Source: Methanobacteriaceae archaeon (lineage in GTDB: Archaea > Methanobacteriota > Methanobacteria > Methanobacteriales > Methanobacteriaceae). Taken from it: a stretch of 20,607 nucleotides of DNA. The stretch spans positions 1 through 20,607 of the forward strand of contig PWMT01000090.1 of assembly GCA_003558085.1 (NCBI GenBank). The letters are read 5' to 3'. Of this stretch, positions 8,479 to 19,050 are shown in pieces. The position numbers were made by a program, and so were the translations under genes. The notes under the pieces were generated by a model, which did not search any database, was not told the origin of the DNA, and saw only the letters and a program-made list of their open reading frames with translations. Within the stretch, counting starts at the first letter, position 1, and each line of letters opens with the position of its first letter.

Positions 8479-8640
8479 ATGGACAAATATAAATGTGAAA
8501 TGTGTGGTTATGTATATGATCCAGAAATAGGTGATCCTGAATCTGGAATAGAACCCGGGACTCCATTCGAAGATCTTCCAGATGATTGGATTTGTCCCAT
8601 ATGTGGAGTAGGAAAAGAAGAATTCGTTAAAATGGGTTAA
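8479..8640 (+). CDS. rub: Rubredoxin 3 (53 aa)
   Basis: Not in the ORF track. [62 protein letters not shown]; stop is 1 nt before the fprA start. Confidence 0.97.
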   Translation: MDKYKCEMCGYVYDPEIGDPESGIEPGTPFEDLPDDWICPICGVGKEEFVKMG

Positions 8641-8641
8641 T

Positions 8642-9808
8642 ATGCCATTGCGGAGGATTAAGGAAGGTGTCTATTATGTGGGCGCTCTTGACTGGGACCG
8701 GCGAATGTTTGATGAACTAATCCCTTTACCGCAAGGAACCAGTTATAATTCTTATTTTATACAAGGAACTGAAAAAAATGCCTTAATAGACACTGTAGAT
8801 CCCGAAAAAACTTATGAACTGTTAAATAATTTGCATGAATTAGACTTAAAAATTGATTATATAGTAGCTAACCATGCTGAACAAGATCACTCGGGATCAA
8901 TACCTATCCTGCTGGATGAATATCCTGATTCTTTGGTAGTGACCAACCCTAAATGTAGAGAATTATTGAAAAATTTTTTATTTATTGCTGATGATAAGTT
9001 TAAAACCATTGAAGATCGAGAAACTCTCTCCTTAGGAGATAAAACTCTGGAATTCATTTACACCCCTTGGGTGCACTGGCCAGATACCATGGTTACCTAT
9101 CTCTCCCCTTACAAAATTTTATTTTCCTGTGATTTTTTTGGATCACATATAGCTAACAGTGAGTTATATGCCCATAACATTGATGAAATTCATTCTGCAG
9201 CCAAAAAATATTACGCTGAGATAATGATGCCCTTTCGATCTATGATTAAGAAAAATCTGTTAAAATTAAGTGAAGTAGATATAAGTATGATTGCACCCTC
9301 TCACGGACCCCTATATTCTTCACCCCAAGACATATTAGATTCCTATCAAGAATGGACTTCTGATGAAACTTCTAACTTAGTGGTTATACCCTATGTTTCC
9401 ATGCATGGCAGTACCAAAACCATGGTTGAATTTTTGGTAAATTCTTTAATTAAAAAAGGTTTGAATGTGAAACCATATAATTTAGCCCAGATAGACTTAG
9501 GTGATTTTTTATCATCACTAGTAGATGCATCTACCTTGGTCATAGCCAGCCCCACGGTTTTAACTGGACCACATCCATTAACAGTTTCCAACACTTATTT
9601 AATAAATATTTTAAGACCGAAATTAAAATATGTTGCCATAATAGGTTCCTTTGGCTGGGGAAGCCGTATGGAAGATATTATAAAAACAGAATTAAGTAAT
9701 CTAAAAGTAGAATATCTGGACTCTATTTCTATTAAAGGCCTACCTTCTAAGGAAGATTTAGATAAAATTGATTATCTGGCCGACCAAATTCTAGAAAAGC
9801 ACCGTTAG
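8642..9808 (+). CDS. fprA: Flavodiiron protein (FprA family, class A; O2/NO reductase)
   Basis: GTSYNSY, diiron ligands NHAEQDHSG, VHWPD, SCDFFG, PSHGP; flavodoxin domain YVSMHGST and GSFGWG. Confidence 0.95.
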   Translation: MPLRRIKEGVYYVGALDWDRRMFDELIPLPQGTSYNSYFIQGTEKNALIDTVDPEKTYELLNNLHELDLKIDYIVANHAEQDHSGSIPILLDEYPDSLVVTNPKCRELLKNFLFIADDKFKTIEDRETLSLGDKTLEFIYTPWVHWPDTMVTYLSPYKILFSCDFFGSHIANSELYAHNIDEIHSAAKKYYAEIMMPFRSMIKKNLLKLSEVDISMIAPSHGPLYSSPQDILDSYQEWTSDETSNLVVIPYVSMHGSTKTMVEFLVNSLIKKGLNVKPYNLAQIDLGDFLSSLVDASTLVIASPTVLTGPHPLTVSNTYLINILRPKLKYVAIIGSFGWGSRMEDIIKTELSNLKVEYLDSISIKGLPSKEDLDKIDYLADQILEKHR

Positions 9809-9852
9809 TAAATAATTTATTAAATTATAGGAAGATATCGAGGAGGATTTAA

Positions 9853-10359
9853 ATGGTAAGTGAAAAAATGCAAGATGCTTTAAATAAGCAGTTAAATGCT
9901 GAATTATACTCAGCCTATCTTTATCTGGCAATGAGTGCTTATTTTGAGGACTCGAATTTGCCAGGTTTTGCTAACTGGATGAAAATTCAGGCCCAGGAAG
10001 AATTAAGTCATGGTATGAAATTCTATGACTACTTGATTAGAAGGGGTAAAAGGGTAATACTAGATGAAATTGAAAAACCAGCCAGTACCTGGGAATCACC
10101 ACTGGCTGTATTTGAACAAGTTTTAAGCCACGAACAGAAAGTGACTGGACTAATAAACCAGCTGGTAGATCTAGCCCAGGATGAAAAAGATCATGCCACT
10201 AATAACTTTCTCCAATGGTTTGTAGCAGAACAAGTAGAGGAAGAAGAAACAGCTGGAGGATTATTACAAAAAGTAAGATTAGCTAGTACGTCCCCCAGCA
10301 GTCTCTTGATGCTAGATAATGAGTTATCACAGAGAGTTTACCATCCACCAGCTGAATAA
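9853..10359 (+). CDS. ftnA: Non-heme ferritin
   Basis: [47 protein letters not shown] ferroxidase residues; GAGGAGG RBS. Confidence 0.96.
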   Translation: MVSEKMQDALNKQLNAELYSAYLYLAMSAYFEDSNLPGFANWMKIQAQEELSHGMKFYDYLIRRGKRVILDEIEKPASTWESPLAVFEQVLSHEQKVTGLINQLVDLAQDEKDHATNNFLQWFVAEQVEEEETAGGLLQKVRLASTSPSSLLMLDNELSQRVYHPPAE

Positions 10360-10366
10360 ATAATAA

Positions 10367-10386
10367 TTTTTTTTCCTATCTTTTTT
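10367..10386 (+). terminator. Oligo-T terminator candidate after ferritin
   Basis: T8-CCTATC-T6 just after the stop. Confidence 0.55.
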
Positions 10387-10590
10387 GGCTAGGTAAACTA
10401 TGTTGCATTCCAATAGCGATACTTTATAATACTTCGCATGAATTTTAATTACTAAATGAAAGTTATTATAAAAAATAGTCGTGAATAATCTCCTTTTTTA
10501 TTTTTTTCCTTATTAATTATTGTAAAAAAACAAAATAATTAATAAAAACAAGAACATAAATATATATTAAAATTCGATTGGGGGTTGAAT

Positions 10591-11277
10591 ATGGGAGAAA
10601 AAATATATGAATTAAGAAAAATTAAAAAGAAAGACCGGGGAATGCCTTTAATTGGAGATCCTTTTCCTAAAATGAAAGTACAAACCACACATGGAAAAAT
10701 GAAACTTCCTAAGGCATTTAAAGGAAAGTGGTTTATTCTTTTCAGTCATCCAGGAGATTTTACACCGGTATGTACTACTGAATTCGTGGCCTTCCAGAAA
10801 AGATATGATCAATTTCAAAAACTTAATTGTGAATTAATAGGACACAGTGTAGATCAAGTACACTCACACCTTAAATGGATAGAATGGATAGAAGATAATC
10901 TGGATGTAGAAATTACTTTTCCATTAATTGCAGACACCGGTAAAGTCGCTGACAAGTTAGGTTTGATTCATCCTGCACGGCCAACTAATACCGTACGAGC
11001 AGTATTTATTGTGGATCCCGAAGCCATAATACGGGCGGTGCTCTACTATCCTCAAGAACTGGGAAGAAATATGGATGAAATCCTTAGAATGATTGAAGGT
11101 TTTACTACCATTGAAGAAAAAGGAGTAGCTATACCTGCAAACTGGCCAAATAATGAATTGATTGGTAAAGGTCTAATCATACCTCCCGCCAGTGATGTGG
11201 AAACCGCTAAAAAGCGCACAGAAAAATACAAATGTTATGACTGGTGGTTATGTTATAAGAATTTTTACAAGTGGTAG
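10591..11277 (+). CDS. Peroxiredoxin (archaeal Prx6 type)
   Basis: [15 protein letters not shown] active site, GRN, PANWP, C-terminal CYDWWLC. ATG 10591 follows a GGGGG(T) RBS; alternative in-frame ATG at 10642. Confidence 0.95.
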   Translation: MGEKIYELRKIKKKDRGMPLIGDPFPKMKVQTTHGKMKLPKAFKGKWFILFSHPGDFTPVCTTEFVAFQKRYDQFQKLNCELIGHSVDQVHSHLKWIEWIEDNLDVEITFPLIADTGKVADKLGLIHPARPTNTVRAVFIVDPEAIIRAVLYYPQELGRNMDEILRMIEGFTTIEEKGVAIPANWPNNELIGKGLIIPPASDVETAKKRTEKYKCYDWWLCYKNFYKW

Positions 11278-11315
11278 GCTCCTTAACTATAAATTAAAGA
11301 AAGGAAGGTGAAATA

Positions 11316-11939
11316 ATGGAAAAAAAATTGTATAAAGTGCCTGATTTACCCTATGGTTATAAGGATTTGGAACCCTACATATCAGAGGAACAGTTAACCA
11401 TACACCATACCAAGCACCATCAAGCCTATGCTGATGCTGCCAATGCAATATTAGAGCAAAAGTTTGATGCTGCTCGAGAACAAGATGAAGATTTTGATGT
11501 TAAAGCCACAGCCAAGGAATTATCATTTCAGGTAGGTGGTTATAATCTACATAACCTATTCTGGACTAATATGGGGCCGGCTGATGAATGTGGTGGAGAA
11601 CCAAATGGTACTTTAGCCGAATATATAGAGAAAGACTTTGGAAGTTTCGAGAGATTTAAAAAAGAGTTTTCACAAGCCGCTATTAGCGTTGAAGGTTCAG
11701 GTTGGGCTGCTCTTACCTTATGTCGGAGAACAGATCGTTTGTTTATAATGCAGATAGAAAAACATAATGTTAATGTCATTCCCAATTTCCGTATAATGAT
11801 GGTGTTGGATGTATGGGAACATGCCTACTATCTGGATTATAAAAATGTAAGACCTGATTTTGTAGAAGCCTTCTGGAATATTGTAAACTGGGATGAAGTG
11901 AATAAAAGAATGGAAACCTGGTTAGCATCACCTTTATAA
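11316..11939 (+). CDS. sod: Fe/Mn superoxide dismutase (likely Fe-SOD)
   Basis: LPY...[52 protein letters not shown]. Confidence 0.97.
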   Translation: MEKKLYKVPDLPYGYKDLEPYISEEQLTIHHTKHHQAYADAANAILEQKFDAAREQDEDFDVKATAKELSFQVGGYNLHNLFWTNMGPADECGGEPNGTLAEYIEKDFGSFERFKKEFSQAAISVEGSGWAALTLCRRTDRLFIMQIEKHNVNVIPNFRIMMVLDVWEHAYYLDYKNVRPDFVEAFWNIVNWDEVNKRMETWLASPL

Positions 11940-11942
11940 ACC

Positions 11943-11961
11943 TTTTTTTATCTTTTTTTTT
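11943..11961 (+). terminator. Oligo-T terminator candidate after sod
   Basis: T7-ATC-T9 directly after the stop. Confidence 0.6.
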
Positions 11962-12265
11962 AACTAAATTCTCCTTAGAGCTTAATATAAATAAGCTAAT
12001 TTTATTAACCTAATTCTATTTAGAGCTTTAATTATAACAAATCTAAAAATTAAATTATTTCTAAAGTTTAATTAATTCTAAAAAAGTCTATTTTACCCCT
12101 ATTACAATTAGAAATATAGTTTAATTAGGTGACTATAATAAGATCTTACTGGAAAACTCATGTAGTAAGATTTAATTTACATTATTTTATAACATGTTAA
12201 TAATTTTAATAAGTAAAATAATTGGTAGGATGATAACTCGATCACCATGTAAGGAATTTGATAGC

Positions 12266-13567
12266 ATGATCTGGAATGAAAAAGCAGAATGTATGTCTCG
12301 TGATGAAATAGAAGAATTACAATTAAATAGATTGCAGGATGTGGTCCAAAGAGCCTTTGATCATGTTCCCTACTATAATCAGAAATTTACAGCTCTAGGG
12401 CTTTCACCTGAAGATATTCAAAGCCTGGATGATATAAATAAATTTCCCTTCACCACCAAAGACGATTTAAGGGAAGTTTATCCCTTTGGAATGTTTGCTG
12501 TTCCTCGAAAAGAAATTATTGAAGTTCATACTTCTTCTGGTACTACTGGTAAACCAGTGGTTTCTGGCTACACCAAGAAAGACTTAGAACTCTGGAGCGA
12601 AGTGATGGCCCGGGGATTGACCATGATGGATGTAAATGAAGATGATATTATTCAAAATACCCATGGCTATGGTCTTTTCACTGGGGGCTTTGGAGTTCAT
12701 TATGGCGCCCAGAAAATTGGTGCTACAGTCATCCCTATTTCCACTGGACAGACCCGAAGACAAATTGAGATTATGAAAGACTTTCAAACCACTATTATGA
12801 TTTTTACACCTTCTTATGGATTATACCTCGCTGAAGTAGCTCATGAAGAGGGTTTAACTACTGAAGATACCTCCTTAAAGGCCATTGGTTTTGGTGCAGA
12901 AATGTGGACTTCACAAATGAGGAAAGAAATAGAAAGGAGATTTGGAGTAAAAGCTCAAAATATATATGGATTAACTGAAATTATAGGGCCTGGAGTGGCT
13001 GTAGAATGCCAAGAACAAAGAGGCCTGCATGTATTTGAAGATCATTTCTATCCAGAGATAATCGATCCAAACAGTACCCAAGTTCTAGGTGCAGATGAAA
13101 CAGGAGAATTAGTTTTAACCACCCTGACTAGAGAAGGAATGCCTATCATTAGATTTAGAACTAAAGATATCACTACACTTAGATATGGAAGATGTGGCTG
13201 TGGAAGAAGCTTAGTGAAAATGGATCGAATAACTGGAAGATCTGATGATATGTTGAAGGTTAGAGGGGTGGCTGTATTCCCCTCTCAAATAGAAAAGGCT
13301 CTATTGAAAATTGAAGGAGTGCAACCCCATTATCAAATCATAGTAAACCGACCTCATCTAATGGATGAATTAGAAGTAAGGGTGGAAACTTCACCAGAAA
13401 TTTTCTCGGATGAAGTTAAAGAAATGGTGGGTATCAAGAATAAAATCGAAGATTATATTCAAAATGAAATTGGTTTAAAGGTTAAGGTGAACCTGGTAGA
13501 GCCAAAAAGTATACCTAGAAGTGAAGGTAAAGCAGTTAGAGTAATTGACAATCGAGAGCTTCATTAA
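12266..13567 (+). CDS. paaK: Phenylacetate-CoA ligase family protein (PaaK / coenzyme F390 synthetase-like)
   Basis: P-loop [66 protein letters not shown]. Start moved to ATG 12266 ([10 protein letters not shown]), the family-typical N-terminus, with AAGGA upstream. Confidence 0.88.
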   Translation: MIWNEKAECMSRDEIEELQLNRLQDVVQRAFDHVPYYNQKFTALGLSPEDIQSLDDINKFPFTTKDDLREVYPFGMFAVPRKEIIEVHTSSGTTGKPVVSGYTKKDLELWSEVMARGLTMMDVNEDDIIQNTHGYGLFTGGFGVHYGAQKIGATVIPISTGQTRRQIEIMKDFQTTIMIFTPSYGLYLAEVAHEEGLTTEDTSLKAIGFGAEMWTSQMRKEIERRFGVKAQNIYGLTEIIGPGVAVECQEQRGLHVFEDHFYPEIIDPNSTQVLGADETGELVLTTLTREGMPIIRFRTKDITTLRYGRCGCGRSLVKMDRITGRSDDMLKVRGVAVFPSQIEKALLKIEGVQPHYQIIVNRPHLMDELEVRVETSPEIFSDEVKEMVGIKNKIEDYIQNEIGLKVKVNLVEPKSIPRSEGKAVRVIDNRELH

Positions 13568-13617
13568 ATAATAGCTGAACTTTTAATTAATATGCTTATA
13601 CTAACCAGGAGGATAAT

Positions 13618-14049
13618 ATGAAAATAAAACAAATATCCATTTTTTTAGAGAATAAGAAAGGAAGATTGTGGAAAGCTCTGGATACCCTGGCAGCTTATGA
13701 TATTAATATCAGGGCCTTGTCTTTAGCTGATACCTCAGAATTTGGTATATTGAGATTGATTGTGCCAGAACCAGAAAAGGCCCAGGAAATTCTAATTAAA
13801 AATAATTTTGTAGTGAAAATTAAAGAAGTGGTGGCAGTTGAATTATCAGACCATCCTGGCGACCTAGCATCAGTTCTTAAAGTTTTAAACGATTCTGATA
13901 TCAATTTAGAATATTTATATGCATTTGTACATGAAAAAAAAGATAAAGCAATTCTGCTTTTAAGAACTGATAATTTGGATCAATTAATTAATGTACTGGA
14001 GAAGGCAGGTATTAGCCTCGTACCAGAAGAAGAAGTATACCATCTATAA
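13618..14049 (+). CDS. Tandem ACT-domain protein
   Basis: KQISIFLENKKGRL, NIRALSLADTSEFGILRLIV, DHPGDL, NLEYLYAF; a type commonly found next to paaK; AGGAGG RBS. Confidence 0.92.
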   Translation: MKIKQISIFLENKKGRLWKALDTLAAYDINIRALSLADTSEFGILRLIVPEPEKAQEILIKNNFVVKIKEVVAVELSDHPGDLASVLKVLNDSDINLEYLYAFVHEKKDKAILLLRTDNLDQLINVLEKAGISLVPEEEVYHL

Positions 14050-14063
14050 CTATCTAAATTAGT

Positions 14064-14855
14064 TTAACTATCTTTTCGCACATCCTCCAAATTATAGTGT
14101 ATGCCCTCTTCTTCGAGTAAAAGTATAATGCTACGATTCATTTTTCCCACCGCCAAAACCAGGACATTCAATCCTCTCTTAGCAGCTGCTAATGTGGATT
14201 GAGGTGTGGCGAATTCAAAATCTGGTTTTATATTTAATTTATCAATCACCGCCCGGGAAACAGTGCCCATAATACCTACTCGATCAAAACCAGACCCATA
14301 CACCATATTTATTTTTTCCAGGTCAGTAGCTCGAGAACCACCTTCTTGAATAGTAGGTAATGTTAGTATTACTACTTTACCTAATTCTAATTCAATAACT
14401 CCTCCTAAGTCAGTCATGGCCACATCTTCACCTTTTTTAGCATCATTTAAAACTTTTCCATGAGCTGAAGCGGAATCTTTGGTAGCGTATAATATACCAT
14501 CTTCCATGAATAAACCTACTTTATCTCCTGATCTAAGATCTTCCCTGGCAATAGCTGGCCAGATCGATTTATAGGTAGTCATGGTATCTAAGACTTGATC
14601 GGAAAATTTTCTAATCTCCAGAGCCTGTTTTTTAAGTTTTTCAATCCCTCTTTTAGTAATCTTATAGCGGGATCGTCCAGCCCGGGATTCAACAAATCCC
14701 TCATCTACAAGACTTTTTAAATTTTCTGAAACAGCCTGCACCGTGATACCTAACTTATCTGCAATATCTTTTTGTCGTAAATGAGGTTCTTGTTTAGCAA
14801 TTTCTGCCAAGATCTGAAAACGAGTTATTTCACCTCTTTTTTGAAATATCTTCAT
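14064..14855 (-). CDS. Winged-helix transcriptional regulator (archaeal, MarR-like HTH plus C-terminal domain)
   Basis: [28 protein letters not shown]...YKITKRG wHTH pattern. Confidence 0.85.
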   Translation of the reverse strand: MKIFQKRGEITRFQILAEIAKQEPHLRQKDIADKLGITVQAVSENLKSLVDEGFVESRAGRSRYKITKRGIEKLKKQALEIRKFSDQVLDTMTTYKSIWPAIAREDLRSGDKVGLFMEDGILYATKDSASAHGKVLNDAKKGEDVAMTDLGGVIELELGKVVILTLPTIQEGGSRATDLEKINMVYGSGFDRVGIMGTVSRAVIDKLNIKPDFEFATPQSTLAAAKRGLNVLVLAVGKMNRSIILLLEEEGIHYNLEDVRKDS

Positions 14856-14987
14856 ATTTTTACCTGACTTTTTTTTTATTGAATAATATCAAGACCATGA
14901 TTACTAAGCTAATAATATAATGGCAAAGATTTAATAAATTCTAGTGGCCAAAATTAATTCTTGATTGACTTTAAAATGGATTAGAAA

Positions 14988-16394
14988 TTAAATTAACCCA
15001 TCTAAGGCATTATTGAATAATCTTATAAATTCATGCTGGCGGGAAGAGGGTATATAAGCTCCGCAAGCTACTGCATGTCCCCCACCGGTACCTCCTACTT
15101 TTTCAGCAACTTTTTTGATGATATGGCCAAAGTGTATGCCATCATAAGATAAAAGCCGTGAACATCGCAGAGACACTTTTAATCCATCATCTTTACCCAT
15201 TCCCGTAAATCCCAGTATAGGTTTTTGCCAATCCCCATGACTTAAAAACATGCCCGTGATGGTACCTATAACTTCATTTTTTATTTCTGGAGCATGGAAG
15301 TATTGTAGATTATCCGTGGATGCTAATAAATCCTCATCCTCAATCATCGCTAGTTTTTGAGCTAAATATTTACGATGCAGTCTGGCTAGATTTTCTAACT
15401 CGTTTACCGCCTCTAATCTATCACCCTTCAATATATCCAGGGCAATATCCGCATTATTATTTCGAGTGCAGGCATTAATTGCCGTTGAAAATTCAGAAGC
15501 ATCTCTAAAGTAAGTGTATTCTTCTTCATTTAAAAATTCGTAGATATCTCCCATGATCAATCTAGGGATGTATTTGATATATTTTTCTGGGACTTCCCGG
15601 GTTAATAATCTCACCAATTCCGAGAAGAGTTTACTTTTCTCACTGGTAGTTAAATCAGTCAAGGTACGGTATCTATCATTATTTTTATGGGCAATACCTA
15701 ATTTTTTCAAACATAAAATAGCTTCAGTTTTATTATTAGTTATAGGGAGATTCACATCACCAAAATAGGATAGAGCCACAAATAAGGGGCGCGTTTGTCT
15801 ACCATAAAGAGAAAGATCAGCGCTAGAATGCACCAAACCATGTTCAACACTATCCTGGAGGACGATTTCATTCAATCCTTTCAATTTACCATGTAAGCTA
15901 TGCTGCATATCACCTATTGCAGAGAGAACACCTATCCAACTTAAACATTCTAAACCAAATTTTTTTGCTAATAAATAGGATAAGCCTCCCCCAGAAATTT
16001 GAGATGTTCCGTCAATACCATAGAATAAAGGGTTGATTTCCAAAAATTTCCCAGAAACTTTAGAGTTATAATGGAGAGTTCTAAGAGGCGGATGATGATC
16101 CAATATTATTATCTGGGATGAAGAATTTGAAATTCTATCTATAGGTTGTCCAGAGCCCAGATCAGAAAATATGGTTAACTGATTTTCTATTTTAATATCA
16201 TCTAATTTATCTAGTCCTATAAATTCAATATCATGTTCCTTATCTTGACGATCCAAGGTAGAAGATAATAGGGCGCCAGCGCAAATCCCATCACAGTCGA
16301 TATGAGAATATATTTTTATATCTTCTGCTGAATCAATCATCTCTTTGGCCTTAAGATATGATTTTTTCAGGGGTTCTGGTAGCATTGGCCTCAT
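14988..16394 (-). CDS. DHH/DHHA1 phosphoesterase, RecJ-like ssDNA exonuclease
   Basis: [38 protein letters not shown]. Confidence 0.9.
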   Translation of the reverse strand: MRPMLPEPLKKSYLKAKEMIDSAEDIKIYSHIDCDGICAGALLSSTLDRQDKEHDIEFIGLDKLDDIKIENQLTIFSDLGSGQPIDRISNSSSQIIILDHHPPLRTLHYNSKVSGKFLEINPLFYGIDGTSQISGGGLSYLLAKKFGLECLSWIGVLSAIGDMQHSLHGKLKGLNEIVLQDSVEHGLVHSSADLSLYGRQTRPLFVALSYFGDVNLPITNNKTEAILCLKKLGIAHKNNDRYRTLTDLTTSEKSKLFSELVRLLTREVPEKYIKYIPRLIMGDIYEFLNEEEYTYFRDASEFSTAINACTRNNNADIALDILKGDRLEAVNELENLARLHRKYLAQKLAMIEDEDLLASTDNLQYFHAPEIKNEVIGTITGMFLSHGDWQKPILGFTGMGKDDGLKVSLRCSRLLSYDGIHFGHIIKKVAEKVGGTGGGHAVACGAYIPSSRQHEFIRLFNNALDGLI

Positions 16395-16418
16395 AAATCA
16401 TCCTCAATCTAAATTATA

Positions 16419-16694
16419 TTAGGAACGAAAACCTTTAATTAAGTTACTTATTTTTAAAAGAAGTTCTCTTTTGGACATATCACCCCGATCCACCACCACT
16501 CTTCCTGAATATTCATACCAATATCCAGGGAAAGATTTATCAGTTTCGGATTTCGGTTTTAAATTTAATTTACGTGCAGCTCGGGATATATCACTTAAAG
16601 ATGGAGAACTAACTGCATCTTTTTTTGGTATCTTTCTTCCTTCTTTTTTTGATTTTTTTGCATCAAGGTAAACTGGCCAAATTATGGTTTTCAT
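16419..16694 (-). CDS. srp19: Signal recognition particle protein Srp19
   Basis: [29 protein letters not shown]....GRV, K..LL..I. Confidence 0.95.
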   Translation of the reverse strand: MKTIIWPVYLDAKKSKKEGRKIPKKDAVSSPSLSDISRAARKLNLKPKSETDKSFPGYWYEYSGRVVVDRGDMSKRELLLKISNLIKGFRS

Positions 16695-16712
16695 GATAAT
16701 ACTCCCATTAAA

Positions 16713-17486
16713 TTAATCCAGTACTTGGGCAAGTTTATCTAACATATCTTTGAAGGTGTACACTTCAGGCATCACTGGTTCAATTCCATAGGCATCCAGC
16801 ACTTTTTTAGTGATAGGTCCTATTGCGGCAACCATAACCTCTTTATTTCTTAATGAATCAATTATTTCTTCCTTACCTTCATCTTTAGCAATTTTAATTA
16901 GGTTTTTTACAGTTAAAGGACTGGTGAACATGATAATATCAATTTCCTGATTAAGTATATATCCAATTAACTGATGAATCTTGGATTTATCCTCAGGCAT
17001 TTCAGACTTGTAAGCATCTGCCAGGACCACCTCAGCACCTCTAGCTTCTAGTCCGTGAGGTAGAGTGTACCTGGCAACCATAGTCCGGGGAAGACCTATT
17101 TTCATATCTTGGAGGTCAAACTTTTCAAATGCCTGTAGTAAACCTTCTGCAGTGTATTCTGCAGGAATTAAATCTGGTTTTACCACATATTTAACCAGTG
17201 CTTCTCCAGTTTTAGGGCCGATAACTGCAATCTTTAAATCCGGTGCCTGCTGCATATCACAATATTTAAAAAAGGATTCAATGGCTCTGGGAGAGGTAAA
17301 TATCAACCAATCTAACTCTGATAAAATATCACATAACTTTAACATTTCCTCAGGCTTGGAATCTTTAAGTTCAATGGTAGGAATCACCAGGGGAATGGCA
17401 TCATAAGCCTTAACTAATTCCACTGAATCTCTAGCCCTTTCTGCAGGTCGAGTAATTACTACTTTTTTTCCTTTTAAACCCTTCAT
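16713..17486 (-). CDS. hemD: Uroporphyrinogen-III synthase
   Basis: VITRP, WLIFTSPRA, IGPKT, YTAEGL, MFTSPLTV, AIGPIT; downstream of cobA. Confidence 0.94.
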   Translation of the reverse strand: MKGLKGKKVVITRPAERARDSVELVKAYDAIPLVIPTIELKDSKPEEMLKLCDILSELDWLIFTSPRAIESFFKYCDMQQAPDLKIAVIGPKTGEALVKYVVKPDLIPAEYTAEGLLQAFEKFDLQDMKIGLPRTMVARYTLPHGLEARGAEVVLADAYKSEMPEDKSKIHQLIGYILNQEIDIIMFTSPLTVKNLIKIAKDEGKEEIIDSLRNKEVMVAAIGPITKKVLDAYGIEPVMPEVYTFKDMLDKLAQVLD

Positions 17487-17504
17487 AAAAAACCTCTTAC
17501 TACA

Positions 17505-18218
17505 TTAATCATTGATCTCTTTTATCTGTTTAAATACATCCACCACTTCACCTATAATTAAAAGAGCTGGTGGTTTAACATCTTTATAGGATATATTTTC
17601 CAGGGTCCCCATTATAATTTTCTCTTGAGGAGTGGTTCCATTTTCTATAACACATACTGGAGTTTTAGGATCCCTATATTTCATCAAGGCATCAGTGTTT
17701 TCTTTAATCTGACCTATACCCATTAGTACTATAATTGTATCTGCAGTATAATCCCATTTAACCTGTTTTTCTGGTTTAGTAGGATCTTCATGCCCAGTAA
17801 CTATGGTAAGTGATGTGGAAATACCTCTATGGGTCACAGGAAGTCCAATAGTAGTGGGTACTCCTATGGCTGAAGTTACTCCAGGAATGATTTCTACTGG
17901 TATTTTTTCTTCACTAAGGGTAATGACTTCTTCACCCCCTCTACCAAATACAAAGGGGTCTCCACCTTTAAGTCTGACCACCACCTCATTATTATTAGCC
18001 TCTTCCACCAATATCTGATTAATTTCCTCTTGACTTTTATAGTGTTCTCCTGCTTTTTTACCCACATAAATCAATTTAGCTCCTTTAGCATATTTTAAGA
18101 TCTTTTCATTGGCTAAACGATCATATATGACTACATCTGCTTTTTCTAATGCCTTTATAGCTTTAACAGTGATTAGTTCAGGATCTCCTGGTCCAGCTCC
18201 AACTAAATATACTACCAT
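17505..18218 (-). CDS. cobA: Uroporphyrinogen-III C-methyltransferase (SUMT)
   Basis: [55 protein letters not shown]. Confidence 0.96.
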   Translation of the reverse strand: MVVYLVGAGPGDPELITVKAIKALEKADVVIYDRLANEKILKYAKGAKLIYVGKKAGEHYKSQEEINQILVEEANNNEVVVRLKGGDPFVFGRGGEEVITLSEEKIPVEIIPGVTSAIGVPTTIGLPVTHRGISTSLTIVTGHEDPTKPEKQVKWDYTADTIIVLMGIGQIKENTDALMKYRDPKTPVCVIENGTTPQEKIIMGTLENISYKDVKPPALLIIGEVVDVFKQIKEIND

Positions 18219-18369
18219 CTATACACCTTCTAATAAATATTCTATCATCTTATAAACTGGTTTATCAAAAAATAGGTTTTTAATTGACAGTGCACGTCTA
18301 TAAAAAAGTAATTATGGCTTAGAATCTATTTTATGAACCATCAAGTTAATAGTAAACACAATTTACTTA

Positions 18370-19023
18370 CTATTTATAATTTAATAAGCCTTTAAAAAAG
18401 TTTAAGCCATTATCAGAGCCCATTATTTGTTCTAATGCTCTTTCAGGATGTGGCATTAAAGCACAAACCAAACCAGTTTCATCGCAAACTCCGGTTATAC
18501 CTTCTAGAGATCCGTTAGGATTTTCACCCTGGAATTTAAGTACTATTTGATCTTGATCTTTAAGTGATTGCAGGTCAGAATTATAGTAGCGGCCCTCAGC
18601 ATGAGCTATAGGTATTTTTATGACCTGACCCTTATCAAAACTACTGGTAAATGGAGTGCGAGTGCTTTCTATTCTGATTTGGCTCCATTGACAGTTGAAT
18701 CTAGGATTTTCATTAACCATGAATACTCCCGGTACTAAACCCACCTCAGAAAGAATTTGGGCTCCGTTACAAATACCTAATACTGGTTTTTCTTCTGCCA
18801 CCAAATTTTTGATTCCTTCGATCACCGGAGTGATGGCTGCAATGGCTCCCGCTCTTAAATAATCACCATATGAAAATCCTCCCGGTATTACTACAGCATC
18901 TAAATGTCTAAGATCTTTTTGATTCCACCATATATATTCTGGTTCTGCACCAGCAAGTTGCAGGGCATAATGAACATCACGATCACAATTTGAGCCAGGG
19001 AACCGAATTACACCAACTTTCAT
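18370..19023 (-). CDS. purQ: Phosphoribosylformylglycinamidine synthase glutaminase subunit PurQ
   Basis: [46 protein letters not shown]. Confidence 0.97.
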   Translation of the reverse strand: MKVGVIRFPGSNCDRDVHYALQLAGAEPEYIWWNQKDLRHLDAVVIPGGFSYGDYLRAGAIAAITPVIEGIKNLVAEEKPVLGICNGAQILSEVGLVPGVFMVNENPRFNCQWSQIRIESTRTPFTSSFDKGQVIKIPIAHAEGRYYNSDLQSLKDQDQIVLKFQGENPNGSLEGITGVCDETGLVCALMPHPERALEQIMGSDNGLNFFKGLLNYK

Positions 19024-19050
19024 TCTAATCCTCTCTCTAATTTTATATAT

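Noticed and set aside
8225..8566. 113-aa minus-strand ORF
   Set aside because: Antisense to rubredoxins 2 and 3, which have clear motifs and RBSs.
8044..8640. Recurring TAYAAATGYRAA..TGYGG sequence that could suggest a repeat array or CRISPR
   Set aside because: It is the shared coding start of three paralogous rubredoxins; spacing is about 210-230 nt and the copies are degenerate.
11965..12037. Imperfect direct repeat around TTAGAGCTT (11975 and 12020)
   Set aside because: Only two short degenerate copies in AT-rich DNA; no array or element structure.
12194..12265. 24-aa N-terminal extension of the ligase given by the ORF track
   Set aside because: No RBS at 12194; the family-typical start is 12266.
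9391..13904. Minus-strand ORFs 9391-9594, 11540-11785, 12584-12787, 13695-13904
   Set aside because: Antisense shadows of fprA, sod, the paaK-like gene and the ACT gene.
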